A DNA stretch of 64,000 nt from the NCBI GenBank assembly GCA_035719105.1, contig DASTGN010000006.1, positions 125,085-189,084 of the forward strand. The letters run 5' to 3'. The position numbers and the translations under genes were made by a program. Source of the DNA: Bacteroidales bacterium. Its GTDB lineage: Bacteria; Bacteroidota; Bacteroidia; Bacteroidales; UBA1402. Within the stretch, counting starts at the first letter, position 1. Each line of letters starts with the position of its first letter. The notes beneath the pieces are model-generated. The model was given only the letters and a program-made list of their open reading frames with translations, ran no database searches and was not told where the DNA came from. Positions 17,149-26,299 of the stretch are shown piece after piece.

Positions 17149-18828
17149 ATGAAACACGGACTGGTTTTTACGTTGTTTTTTATATTACTCGGCACATTGA
17201 ATGCTCAACGAAATTCTTTGAGAGAAGTTGTTGCGACCGTTCGCCCTGTTTATAGTGAATCGACTGTAACTTTTCTGAATTCATTTGCGGACCATTTGCT
17301 AGATCAAGGTTACGATTCGCTTTCGGTTCAATTGAAACGCTACGCAAAAGGCAACTCTTTCGGATCTGGTTTTGCCATCACGAATGTGGTTGACAGCCAA
17401 ACGTATATCCTGACCAATAGGCATGTAGTGGCACAAGCTCAATTCGTCGATGTCGAGTTTTCCCTGGAGGATCAGTCCGTCAAGACGTTTACCAATTGTA
17501 AGATTGTTTCGGTCGATTTTGATGATGATTTGGCGTTGATATCCCTGCCCTTAGGTGTTAGGTTGGATCGAACATTGGTGTTTGCCACTCAAAAAGCAGA
17601 AGATGGAGAGGATGTTTTTACCGCAGGGTATCCAGGTTTGGCAGATAAGGCTTCCTGGCAAATTGGCAAAGGTATTGTGTCGAATTCCAGTGTGCATTTG
17701 GAGGAATTGATACCTAGCAAAAACAGCATTATTCAGCATACGGCACAGGTGGATCCTGGTAGTTCAGGTGGACCCTTGCTTCGTAAGAATCCCGATGCAC
17801 CTAGAGGCTACGAGGTCGTTGGGATGAACACTTGGAAAGTCAGTGAGCGCGAAAATGCAAATTTTTCCATTCAGTCGTCAATCATCCAGTCCTTTGTTGA
17901 TGCATCGCTTAAAGGAGAGAATAAAAAGTCAAAGGAAAGTCTACAGAAACAAGTTACGGATTTCATCGGATTCGCTAAGGACGGGTACAAAACAATCTTG
18001 CCGTTTATTTCATACGAATACATTTCCATGCTTTCCATAGACAAGTTTTTTGAACTCTACGGTAATGCCAATCCTGAAATAAAAAAAGTGGTAAAATACC
18101 AGTTTAATGAAGAGTCTCCGATTGAAGCAGTAAGAGTGATCATTGCCAGCGTCATTGCCGATAATATGTCCAAATCGAGTTGGGCTTTCGAAAACATAGA
18201 AGGTTTCTCGAACGAAGGATTAGTCACTGTCAATTTGAGAAAGGGTGACCAATTGGTTAAGACCTCCTGGATTACCGATCAGGGTAGGTGGCGAATTTCC
18301 CAAATGGAATCGGTGAGTTTCGCTGAAAACAAGAAGTTTCGGATTGATAATAGTTACGGCTATTTGTACTCTGTCACACTGGTCAAGAACTTCGATTTGA
18401 ACCACAAGGGATTAAGTTATTGGGAACTGTTGGAAACCACGACCTTTCAATCGTACTACACGTTGGGCCTTGGTGTAAATGGGGGAACCCTTTTTGCTCT
18501 CCCTGGTGATTTTAATGAAGACGGGAACAATACTACGACCTTTATGGGTGTCGAAGTTCACGCTGGTGTCCAGTTACCCTTAAAGTATGGGCCATTGTAT
18601 GTTGTACCCTATTTTCGAACCATTGGAGGTTTGGACTTCCCCGTTGCCGAATACGACGGTGGGGGAATTTCTTACGGTTATCGGCTTGGGGTTGAATTAA
18701 CGACACACCTCAAAGGCGATCATTATTTGATGGCCAGTTTGGGCTATCGAAATAAATCCTTTATCTCGTTTGATACGCCTTGGGATCCAATATCCTCTTT
18801 ATCACTTTCACTTGGATACAGCTTCTAA
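17149..18828 (+). CDS. Paralogous trypsin-like serine peptidase with a C-terminal beta-barrel-like domain
   Basis: The ATG at 17149 gives MKHGLVFTLFFILLGTLNAQ; the ORF-track start at 17035 overlaps the upstream gene. Long identical runs with the upstream paralog include KRYAKGNSFGSGFA, EDVFTAGYPGLADKASWQ, DPGSSGGPLLR and RENANFSI. It ends in ...SLSLSLGYSF. Confidence 0.8.
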   Translation: MKHGLVFTLFFILLGTLNAQRNSLREVVATVRPVYSESTVTFLNSFADHLLDQGYDSLSVQLKRYAKGNSFGSGFAITNVVDSQTYILTNRHVVAQAQFVDVEFSLEDQSVKTFTNCKIVSVDFDDDLALISLPLGVRLDRTLVFATQKAEDGEDVFTAGYPGLADKASWQIGKGIVSNSSVHLEELIPSKNSIIQHTAQVDPGSSGGPLLRKNPDAPRGYEVVGMNTWKVSERENANFSIQSSIIQSFVDASLKGENKKSKESLQKQVTDFIGFAKDGYKTILPFISYEYISMLSIDKFFELYGNANPEIKKVVKYQFNEESPIEAVRVIIASVIADNMSKSSWAFENIEGFSNEGLVTVNLRKGDQLVKTSWITDQGRWRISQMESVSFAENKKFRIDNSYGYLYSVTLVKNFDLNHKGLSYWELLETTTFQSYYTLGLGVNGGTLFALPGDFNEDGNNTTTFMGVEVHAGVQLPLKYGPLYVVPYFRTIGGLDFPVAEYDGGGISYGYRLGVELTTHLKGDHYLMASLGYRNKSFISFDTPWDPISSLSLSLGYSF

Positions 18829-18917
18829 CAAATCTCCCTAACGAATCTTTTATACCTTGCTTCGAAATAAGGAGAAGACATGCATGTTTGGTTCCAAGCA
18901 TTAATTGGACACTTCAT

Positions 18918-20117
18918 TCATAATGGAGGCGATTTTCGTTCACTTTGTCGGATTTGCCAGTTGTATGCGAACCAAGTGAAAACAAAATAGAATCCCGCTT
19001 GAACCCATAAGCCCATGATTTCCGGGCCAATCTGTGCGATGGAAGCACCGGCCGAATTCAATTTGATGAAGCCGTTGATGCCGAAGGTGGAAGGGAAAAA
19101 GAAGGAAACCATCCTCCAAAAGATATGAATATGAGTGGTCGGCCAGGAAAAGCCTGAAATGAACAGCAACGGTACGGAAGTACATAAATACAGCAACAGC
19201 GGCATTTCGCGGTTCCAAAAGAACACGGAGAGAGCCATCCCAAAAAAGATGGAGGCCAGCAAGTAGGGTAAGAGAAAAGGTAGGATTCCACCTAGACCCA
19301 GGAAATGCGGTAATTGAAACAAGTGCGGAATAAGCACCAAGTCGTAGATGCCTAAAAACAAGTAGATGATGAGGTAGGCCATAGCTTTGCCCCACACCAC
19401 GCGTTGGATGCGGTGGTATTTGCGTTTGACTGGGACGAGCTGATGGTGTTTGTTTTCTTCGCGGGCGGTACCTGCCAACATGCCGATGCCGAGAACCAGC
19501 GTTTGCTGAATGATAAGGACAAGCACGGCTGGCATCAGGAAGGAGGGGAAGCCGCCCAGTGGATTGTAGAGGGCATGACCTTGGCTCAATATGGGCTCGG
19601 AAGCTGTTGAGGCCTGGCGTTCGGTCATTCCTAGAATCTGTAAACGATCCATTTTGATGTGTCGGTTTACATCCAAACAGGCATAGTTGAAACCCGAATA
19701 GAATCCTTTGTAGTACATCATACTGGCCATGCTGCAGTAGCCCGAAACGTGTGTCTGGCGGCCGGCAGCCAGATCGGCAGCGAAGGTTTGTGGAATGAAA
19801 ACGATTCCGTAGACCTCGTTTTCGGCATATAGTTTTTCGGCAGAAGCCATGCTGGTGACCTGGCCGGCTATGTTGAGTTCCGGAGTGGCATCAAGTTTTC
19901 GAATTAATTCGCGGCTCAGGGCGGAGTGGCTTTCGTTGACCACGACCACCGGAATGTTTCGATAGGCTTCGTTCTTGTAGATGAAACCGTAGAGAACGGG
20001 GTAGATGAGGCAGGCTGCGAAGAAGACCAACATGACGCCGGAGTCTTTGAAAACGTGCCTCCACTCTTCGACCGCGATTTCAGCCGTGTCACGAATTGCT
20101 TTTTTTATAGGTTTCAT
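18918..20117 (-). CDS. ABC-2 type transporter permease (YhhJ-like)
   Basis: The 399-aa protein has one N-terminal TM segment, a large extracytoplasmic loop, and a C-terminal bundle of ~5 TM segments. It is last in the marR-tolC-hlyD operon. Confidence 0.75.
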   Translation of the reverse strand: MKPIKKAIRDTAEIAVEEWRHVFKDSGVMLVFFAACLIYPVLYGFIYKNEAYRNIPVVVVNESHSALSRELIRKLDATPELNIAGQVTSMASAEKLYAENEVYGIVFIPQTFAADLAAGRQTHVSGYCSMASMMYYKGFYSGFNYACLDVNRHIKMDRLQILGMTERQASTASEPILSQGHALYNPLGGFPSFLMPAVLVLIIQQTLVLGIGMLAGTAREENKHHQLVPVKRKYHRIQRVVWGKAMAYLIIYLFLGIYDLVLIPHLFQLPHFLGLGGILPFLLPYLLASIFFGMALSVFFWNREMPLLLYLCTSVPLLFISGFSWPTTHIHIFWRMVSFFFPSTFGINGFIKLNSAGASIAQIGPEIMGLWVQAGFYFVFTWFAYNWQIRQSERKSPPL

Positions 20118-20123
20118 GTGAGG

Positions 20124-21293
20124 TCAGTGTAAAGGGGCGTCCATCTTGATCATGGCATTTCGAAGGCGTTTTAAGAGTGCCAGTGGAAATACCAAATAAA
20201 GCAGTTGGAAGCCATATGTGGATAGGGAATAGAGTGGGGAGAGGCCGTTGAGTGCCACGCCTTGATAGATGCGGAAGAAGCCGCGCAATGGGAAAAGGTA
20301 GCTGAGGCCCTGCATAGCCAACGGCATGCCGTCGATGGGGAAGGAGAGGCCGGAATACGAAAAGGCCAGCATACCGTACAATCCCGTGAAGCTCAGCGCT
20401 ACGGGTAGCGTGATGAAGAGTTCCAGCAGGAAAATGCCCATGGCTTGTGTCGCGATGACCAGTTCGAACGTGTTCAGAAACATCCAGACGATGTTGCTGT
20501 TCATGGGATACTGCATCACTTTAAACAGGACAACGTCGTAGAAAATGCCCATTGCGGTGAAGGCGATGGTATAGGGCAACAGCTTGCCCAACAGGGCTTT
20601 CCATAGAGATTGCCCGGATAGACGATACCATTTCAACGAACGGCGTTTCTTGATTTCGATGCCGATGGCATAAACGGTGGTCAACAGCACCATTAGCTGC
20701 AACATCCCTGGCAACAGCACGTTAATGAGGTAGACCGAATAGTTGATCCACGGGTTCCCGATGGCATGCATTTCCGGAACGATGGGTAAAACCTGAGCCA
20801 TGCTCTCGTCGTAACCCTGCCCTTTGGCTTGCCTAACTTGTAGGTTGGCTCCTGCTGAAACGGTAGTCATCAGGTAACTCAGATTCTTGAGCACCAGCGA
20901 GCCGGGAATGAGGTAACTCGGATTGTAGTAGAAATGAACCGTAGGCTGGATGCCGTTGGTCACATCCTTCATGAGATCCGAGGGAAGTTCAATGAATCCG
21001 AAAATAGCACCTTCTTGTACATCAGCACGCGCTTCAGAAAAATGCAAATAGCGTGTTGAAACGTTGGTTTGCTGCGAAGCGTCGATTTGGCGGATGATTT
21101 TTCGCGACAAGCTGGATTGATCGTGGTCGATCACTCCGATGGAAAGTTGCTCGGGCAACCCCTGCGGCATCAGCGTGGCGAAGAATACCAGAAAGCCCAG
21201 CGGCAAAAAGAAAATCAGCAGCGAATAGATGGGCCTAGACACCATGCGTCGGAGCTCACGGCCCAGAACCAACCGAAAACCAGGTCTTTGCAT
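20124..21293 (-). CDS. ABC-2 type transporter permease (paralog)
   Basis: It has the same topology as the downstream permease. It lies 6 nt upstream of that gene and 1 nt downstream of hlyD. Confidence 0.75.
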   Translation of the reverse strand: MQRPGFRLVLGRELRRMVSRPIYSLLIFFLPLGFLVFFATLMPQGLPEQLSIGVIDHDQSSLSRKIIRQIDASQQTNVSTRYLHFSEARADVQEGAIFGFIELPSDLMKDVTNGIQPTVHFYYNPSYLIPGSLVLKNLSYLMTTVSAGANLQVRQAKGQGYDESMAQVLPIVPEMHAIGNPWINYSVYLINVLLPGMLQLMVLLTTVYAIGIEIKKRRSLKWYRLSGQSLWKALLGKLLPYTIAFTAMGIFYDVVLFKVMQYPMNSNIVWMFLNTFELVIATQAMGIFLLELFITLPVALSFTGLYGMLAFSYSGLSFPIDGMPLAMQGLSYLFPLRGFFRIYQGVALNGLSPLYSLSTYGFQLLYLVFPLALLKRLRNAMIKMDAPLH

Positions 21294-21294
21294 C

Positions 21295-22323
21295 TTATTC
21301 GGCGTTTTCTTCCAGTAATACGGACATACCAGGGCGGAGATCTTTTATTTTGTGCAAAGGTTTGGCACGTACTTCAAAAGTTTTCCGGTCGAAATCGCCC
21401 GTTGTCTTTGTCGCTTTCCAAGTGGCGTAGCTCCCCAGAGCCTTCATGTAGGAAATCTTGAAGGTAGCCTTTTTTAACCCCAATGCGGGTATTGACACTT
21501 GAATGTTTGCACCCATCTTGAAGTCCGCCAACTGGTCCTCACGCACATTGAACGTGATCCAGCAATCGTTTAAATCCACGATGGTCATGATGGGTGCACC
21601 TTGACCAACCAATTCGCCCACTTTCGGGTAGATTTCGGAAATTTCACCGGTAATGGGCGCAAGCAAGTTGGTTTCAGGCAAATAAGCTTCCACTTCGGAT
21701 ACAGCTCCTTGTGCTCTGCTTACCAAGGCTTGAGCAGCCAGCTTGTCCTCGTTTTCGGCACCATTCCGAGCCATGTCGTACTGCGATTTGGCTGCTTTTT
21801 CGGTGGCGGAAGCGGCTAGATACTGGGCTTCTGCCTCGTCAAACTTTTGAGCGGGAATCACTTCGTTTTCGTACAGTTTTTTGGCTCTAACAAAGGACTT
21901 TTCGGCGATGTCGAGCCCGACCTTGGCTTTTTGCCACCATTCGAAAGCGCCCCGGATTTGTTCCTCACGTGCACCCTTTATAGCCTTTTTGTTTTGTGCG
22001 ACAGCCGCCGATTCAGCGGCTTCAGCCTGTACCAACTTGGCCAATAGTTCGGGGGAACTCAATTTGACAAGCAGCTTTCCTGCCTGTACCTGATCACCCT
22101 CAGCCGCTCCAAAGGAAATAATTCGCCCGGCCAGTTTGCCGGAAACACGGACTTCGTTGGCTTCCACTTCGCCCTGAATCACTTCGGGCGCAGGCTTCAA
22201 AACAATCCAACCAATCACAGAGACTAAAATTACGACGGTGAGCAATACTACTAGACCGAGTACCAAGGTGGTGCGGCTTTTCTTTAATTCAACCTTTTCC
22301 AGGTCGTTTGAACGTGTTGTCAT
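21295..22323 (-). CDS. HlyD-family membrane fusion (periplasmic adaptor) protein
   Basis: It has an N-terminal TM anchor, a lipoyl-like motif (VSGKLAGRI...EGDQVQAGKLLVKL), a long Ala/Glu-rich coiled-coil hairpin, and a beta-barrel domain (APITGEISEIYPKVGELV). Confidence 0.85.
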   Translation of the reverse strand: MTTRSNDLEKVELKKSRTTLVLGLVVLLTVVILVSVIGWIVLKPAPEVIQGEVEANEVRVSGKLAGRIISFGAAEGDQVQAGKLLVKLSSPELLAKLVQAEAAESAAVAQNKKAIKGAREEQIRGAFEWWQKAKVGLDIAEKSFVRAKKLYENEVIPAQKFDEAEAQYLAASATEKAAKSQYDMARNGAENEDKLAAQALVSRAQGAVSEVEAYLPETNLLAPITGEISEIYPKVGELVGQGAPIMTIVDLNDCWITFNVREDQLADFKMGANIQVSIPALGLKKATFKISYMKALGSYATWKATKTTGDFDRKTFEVRAKPLHKIKDLRPGMSVLLEENAE

Positions 22324-22334
22324 TCCTATAGAAA

Positions 22335-23807
22335 TTAAAATAAGTTACCCAATGCTTTTTGTAAATAAACCCGACACAACTGCACATCGATTTGTGCGTC
22401 AATATTTTCTGAATTGGCTTTGAGCCAGGCAGTTTGTGCTTCCATCAAGGTTGAAGCAGTGATGGTGCCCGCTTCAAAACCGATATTGGCGTAATGCAGG
22501 TTTTCCTCGGCTTTGGCCTTGTTGGAAGTGGTCATGTAAGCCTTTTTTGCGGACTCATCGTTGCGGAAGCGAGCCTGCATGATGTCCAGTTCCACCTTTT
22601 CTTTGGCATCTTCCAGCTTGAGGTTGGCGATAGCTTTTTCACTCTGTGCGGCATGCAGCGTGTGTACCCGCTCCCCGAAATGGAAGAGCGGTACATTCAC
22701 AACGACTCCTATTTGATAGCTTCCTCCAAACGTGTTTTGTATGCCGTCGTACAGGTTGGGATTTGAAACCGTGTAACCAGCCGTAAGGGCGGCATTGGGC
22801 ATGAATCTGGATTCGGCTATTTTCTTGCTGGCATCGGCCATATTGACCAATTGCTCTAGACTTTTAATTTCGGGGCGGTCATAAACGGAGGCTCCTGTCA
22901 AGGGAACTCCATCGGGTGAAATGTGCAAGCTGTCCAATGTTTCATCTTGAAGGCTGAAGCTCGTATTCATGGGCAAACCACAGACTTGGCAAAGCGCCAT
23001 GCGCGAAAGGGTGAGCCCGTCTTCCACCTGCAACAACGACATCTCCGCTTCGTTCAGTTTGACTTTGACGAAAAGTGCATCCGATTTGGTGGCTACGCCG
23101 AATGAAACCGATTTTTCGAGGTTGGTGTCCAACTTCTGAAGCAACGCGACGTAGCTTTTGGCTAACTTCTCCTTGTTGATGAGGGATACGATGCGCCAAT
23201 AGGCTGCATCGGTATTGACGATGGTTTCGGAGATCTCGCTCTGCTGTTGAGCTTCTGCCAGTTTCTTGCCACTGTCGGCCATACGGTTCAATTCACGAAT
23301 CTTGCCTCCCAGAAACAAGGGCTGTGTGAGTGTTACAGCGCCCACATAGATGTTTTTCATATCCACTTCGAAAGCATCTTTTGGGATGTACGCCTGATTT
23401 TTCCAGACGATTTTTTCTGGATTGGCCTTTGGGTCGAAGGGTTGGCTGTTGGCATCCAGCGGAACCGGACTGCCGTTGACAAGGTTCCAGCCGTTGTTCC
23501 AGGATCCTGCATAATTGACGGCACCCGCTGCGGTGTAGTTCAACACCGGCAAATACTGGTCCTCGCCCAATAGCGACATGTTTTTTTGATTGCGGATATA
23601 ACCTCCATTAGCGGCAAAGTTCGGTAAATACTGCGTTCGCGCTGCCTTTCGGAGACTTTCGGCAGCCTTGACCTTTTCGGTTGCCATTTGCACTTCCTTG
23701 TTGTGATTCGTGGCCATTTGTCTGCAATCGGCCAACGTAAAAATCTGTTGCGCTTGAAGCTGCACACTTACAGCTAAGAACAACACCTTAATAATCAATC
23801 TTTTCAT
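22335..23807 (-). CDS. TolC-family outer membrane efflux protein
   Basis: I prefer the ATG at 23807 (MKRLIIKVLFLAVSVQLQAQQ signal peptide). It has two repeated alpha/beta halves with TolC-like coiled-coil segments (LEDAKEKVELDIMQARF..., NIDAQIDVQLCRVYLQKALG). Confidence 0.85.
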   Translation of the reverse strand: MKRLIIKVLFLAVSVQLQAQQIFTLADCRQMATNHNKEVQMATEKVKAAESLRKAARTQYLPNFAANGGYIRNQKNMSLLGEDQYLPVLNYTAAGAVNYAGSWNNGWNLVNGSPVPLDANSQPFDPKANPEKIVWKNQAYIPKDAFEVDMKNIYVGAVTLTQPLFLGGKIRELNRMADSGKKLAEAQQQSEISETIVNTDAAYWRIVSLINKEKLAKSYVALLQKLDTNLEKSVSFGVATKSDALFVKVKLNEAEMSLLQVEDGLTLSRMALCQVCGLPMNTSFSLQDETLDSLHISPDGVPLTGASVYDRPEIKSLEQLVNMADASKKIAESRFMPNAALTAGYTVSNPNLYDGIQNTFGGSYQIGVVVNVPLFHFGERVHTLHAAQSEKAIANLKLEDAKEKVELDIMQARFRNDESAKKAYMTTSNKAKAEENLHYANIGFEAGTITASTLMEAQTAWLKANSENIDAQIDVQLCRVYLQKALGNLF

Positions 23808-23824
23808 ACCTAAAACCTTTAATA

Positions 23825-23838
23825 GTTGCATATGCAAC
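23825..23838. promoter_or_regulatory. Perfect 14-bp palindrome, a candidate MarR operator between marR and tolC
   Basis: gttgcatatgcaac lies in the 47-nt marR-tolC spacer. A related half-site (ttgttgcataaacaacag, 24303-24320) sits just upstream of the marR start. Confidence 0.4.
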
Positions 23839-23854
23839 AATAAGAGCAAAAAAA

Positions 23855-24295
23855 TTACTCAAGATTCTTGAATATTTTTTTCAATATTTTTTCCCCGGCC
23901 TTGATTTCCTCTTCCGAAATACCCAACAAGGCGTCCTGCATGGTTTGCAGTACAATGTTCTTTGCTTTCTGGTGAACCGCCAATCCAGCTTTGGTAATGT
24001 GGATCAGGTTGCTTCGCTTGTCCGTCTTATCTGCCAGGCGCGCAATAAAAGTATGTTTCTCCAGATTATCAAGCATCCGGGTGATGCCCGGCCTGTCCTT
24101 ATAGGTGATGGTAGCCAGCTCTTGTTGGGAGATTCCGTCTTTGAGGGAAAGAAACTGAAGAACCATCCACTGTTCAGGGGTCAATGAAATGTCGTTGTTT
24201 CGGAAATCCCTATACAACCGACGGTTGATGGCTGTGGAGACACGACCACTTACAATGCCGAAAACCAGCTCTTTATCACTGAATAGTTCTTCCAT
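23855..24295 (-). CDS. MarR-family transcriptional regulator
   Basis: The 146-aa protein has a winged HTH (LTPEQWMVLQFLSLKDGISQQELATITYKDRPGITRMLDNLEKHTFIARLADKTDKRS). Confidence 0.9.
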   Translation of the reverse strand: MEELFSDKELVFGIVSGRVSTAINRRLYRDFRNNDISLTPEQWMVLQFLSLKDGISQQELATITYKDRPGITRMLDNLEKHTFIARLADKTDKRSNLIHITKAGLAVHQKAKNIVLQTMQDALLGISEEEIKAGEKILKKIFKNLE

Positions 24296-24619
24296 ATCTT
24301 ATTTGTTGCATAAACAACAGTACAAAAGTAATGCCCCTTAAGGCAATGTCAGCGATAAGCAGGGGATAATTAGGAGATTTTAACAAATAACCGGCGGCAT
24401 GCCCGGTCAGGTCCATTTCCGTATCCGTATTCAGCATGGTGTTGCTGATGGTCCGAATGCTCTGACCGGTGAGAATGAGATTCTCTACCTGATCGGGCGT
24501 TGTGCCGCTGGAATTATCGCTCAAATGCACCAAGTAGATGATGCACAATTGATTGGCTCTATGAACAAATATAATTAGGAATGCTAAAAATGGTACTTTG
24601 GAATGCCACTTTTTTTAGA

Positions 24620-25255
24620 TTATTTTTTGGAAGTTTTTTTCTCCATTTCCTGCGCTTTCCGAAGAACGTCATAGGGAAGCAGACCATAGGTTTCATCCTT
24701 TAAATAAGCACATTGGAGGTATTGGCTGGCTAATGATTTCATTTCGTCAAAGCTTTCTGTATTCAACTTGGCCAGCAGGTAGAGAACCGGCCATTCTTCC
24801 TTTTCGGTAGCGACCGAATCGGTCCATTCAGCGTGATGGCGCCTCCTTTCGAGGTATTCAAACCGAAAAAAGACAGTGCCTTCCAAGTGGGTGACCCAAT
24901 ACATCAGGTAGGGGTCGCCGTTCTCTTTTCCAATCTCGAACGCCCTATACAGCATCGTTTTTGGATTCAATTTGGAATGGGTGTAGTTGTGTACATATTC
25001 CAAATAGGCTAATTGATATATCCTGTAACCATTTCGATCAATCTGAGCGGTGTCGTAAGAAGTTTCCATCGTTTCCCAGGAATTGACGTTAGGTTGTTCT
25101 GCCCATTTGCGGGGGTTAACAGCCAATGGATGAATGGAGTCCTGGTGCATGTAATAATTGAAAACATCATCCGACTGGGGTGTGGATTGTGCTGCTGCAG
25201 GATGAAACGTAATCAAAGTCAGCGTCAAAATGGGGAGTATGTGATGGAGTTTCAT
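24620..25255 (-). CDS. Hypothetical secreted protein
   Basis: It has a clear signal peptide (MKLHHILPILTLTLITFHPAAAQ). I recognise no motif in the remaining ~190 aa. Confidence 0.55.
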   Translation of the reverse strand: MKLHHILPILTLTLITFHPAAAQSTPQSDDVFNYYMHQDSIHPLAVNPRKWAEQPNVNSWETMETSYDTAQIDRNGYRIYQLAYLEYVHNYTHSKLNPKTMLYRAFEIGKENGDPYLMYWVTHLEGTVFFRFEYLERRRHHAEWTDSVATEKEEWPVLYLLAKLNTESFDEMKSLASQYLQCAYLKDETYGLLPYDVLRKAQEMEKKTSKK

Positions 25256-25279
25256 GAGACAAATATACGTAGAAACAGC

Positions 25280-25287
25280 TATCTTTG
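25280..25287 (+). promoter_or_regulatory. Candidate Bacteroidota -7 promoter box (TAnnTTTG) upstream of the LuxR-type regulator
   Basis: tatctttg lies 20 nt upstream of the ATG at 25307. Confidence 0.3.
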
Positions 25288-25306
25288 TTGCTACAGTTGT
25301 TAAATC

Positions 25307-26248
25307 ATGAAGAAATCAAGTTGTCCGATGCAGGTATCCCCGAATCAATCATTTAGGGATTTGCTTTTCAGAAATCCGCATTTGATGCCCATGATTTACG
25401 CACTTGGAATGCGTGGGCCTTTTGGCGACGCTTCCATCAGTCAGGTTTGCAAAAAGCAAAACATATTGGAACCTGTGCTGATGTCGTTGTTGGAGGCAAG
25501 CATTTGCGATGACTTTGAATGGAAAGCAACCTTTCCCGCCTACGGACTTTTGCAATTGTGTGAAATGACCCGGTCCGTGATGGATCATTTGATACTTCGG
25601 CTAGCTTGGGTGCCCGAATTGGTGCTTCAACAACTCAAAGCGCATCAGGAGGAGCTCGAACACACGGTTCTGCCGCATATCAATGGAATTTATGAGTTAT
25701 ATTACAGTCCTGAATATACATCTGGTAAGAGTAATTTGCTGAGTTACAGCATTGAATTTTTTCCCAAAAAGCCCTTGCCGAAGCTTCCACTCCAAGTTGT
25801 TGAGGACCGTTTGGAACAGACTTCTAGCAACGAGCTCAACCATTGGGAAACGCTGTTTGATTTTCACCGTTTGGTGGAGTTGCTGTTGGCATTGAGTCGG
25901 GTTGAGGAAAGGTTGATCAAGCCCGTTGTTTTACAGATGGAAGAAGAAATCATCACGACTTTTCAAAAGAAAAAATCCAAACCACTTCGACTGGCATTTC
26001 TGAAATTGCCTGATTCTGAGCCGATTCCTGAGCTTCTAAGCAAACGGGAGCAAGAAGTACTCGGTCTAGTGGCTCAGGGGTTGATGAACAAGGAGATTGC
26101 TGACAGGCTGAACATTTCGCTCACGACGGTCATTTCGCACCGAAAAAACCTGGCAGACAAACTGGGCATCCATTCCTTGGCCGGACTCACCGTCTATGCG
26201 TATACCCATGGATTTCTGGATGATTTTATCCCCACAAATGAGGATTGA
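25307..26248 (+). CDS. LuxR/FixJ-family transcriptional regulator with an unassigned ~230-aa N-terminal domain
   Basis: The C-terminal HTH is LSKREQEVLGLVAQGLMNKEIADRLNISLTTVISHRKNLADKLGI. The N-terminal part has no receiver-domain or autoinducer-domain motifs that I recognise. Confidence 0.8.
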   Translation: MKKSSCPMQVSPNQSFRDLLFRNPHLMPMIYALGMRGPFGDASISQVCKKQNILEPVLMSLLEASICDDFEWKATFPAYGLLQLCEMTRSVMDHLILRLAWVPELVLQQLKAHQEELEHTVLPHINGIYELYYSPEYTSGKSNLLSYSIEFFPKKPLPKLPLQVVEDRLEQTSSNELNHWETLFDFHRLVELLLALSRVEERLIKPVVLQMEEEIITTFQKKKSKPLRLAFLKLPDSEPIPELLSKREQEVLGLVAQGLMNKEIADRLNISLTTVISHRKNLADKLGIHSLAGLTVYAYTHGFLDDFIPTNED

Positions 26249-26299
26249 CCGGTAATGAATCCTTTCTGACCTTTGCCGCTTCTCTTAGAATTGTAAATC

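Noticed and set aside
18940-19395. A 151-aa and a 77-aa alternative-frame ORF inside the ABC-2 permease gene, and similar shadow ORFs in tolC, purL, icd and acn.
   Set aside because: These are same-locus shadow ORFs within genes whose main frames carry clear family motifs. None has independent support.
24276-24548. A 90-aa minus-strand ORF in the 324-nt spacer upstream of marR.
   Set aside because: It overlaps the marR start codon region and has no signal peptide, TM segment or motif. The spacer more likely holds the marR promoter and operator. I could not identify any RNA element in it.
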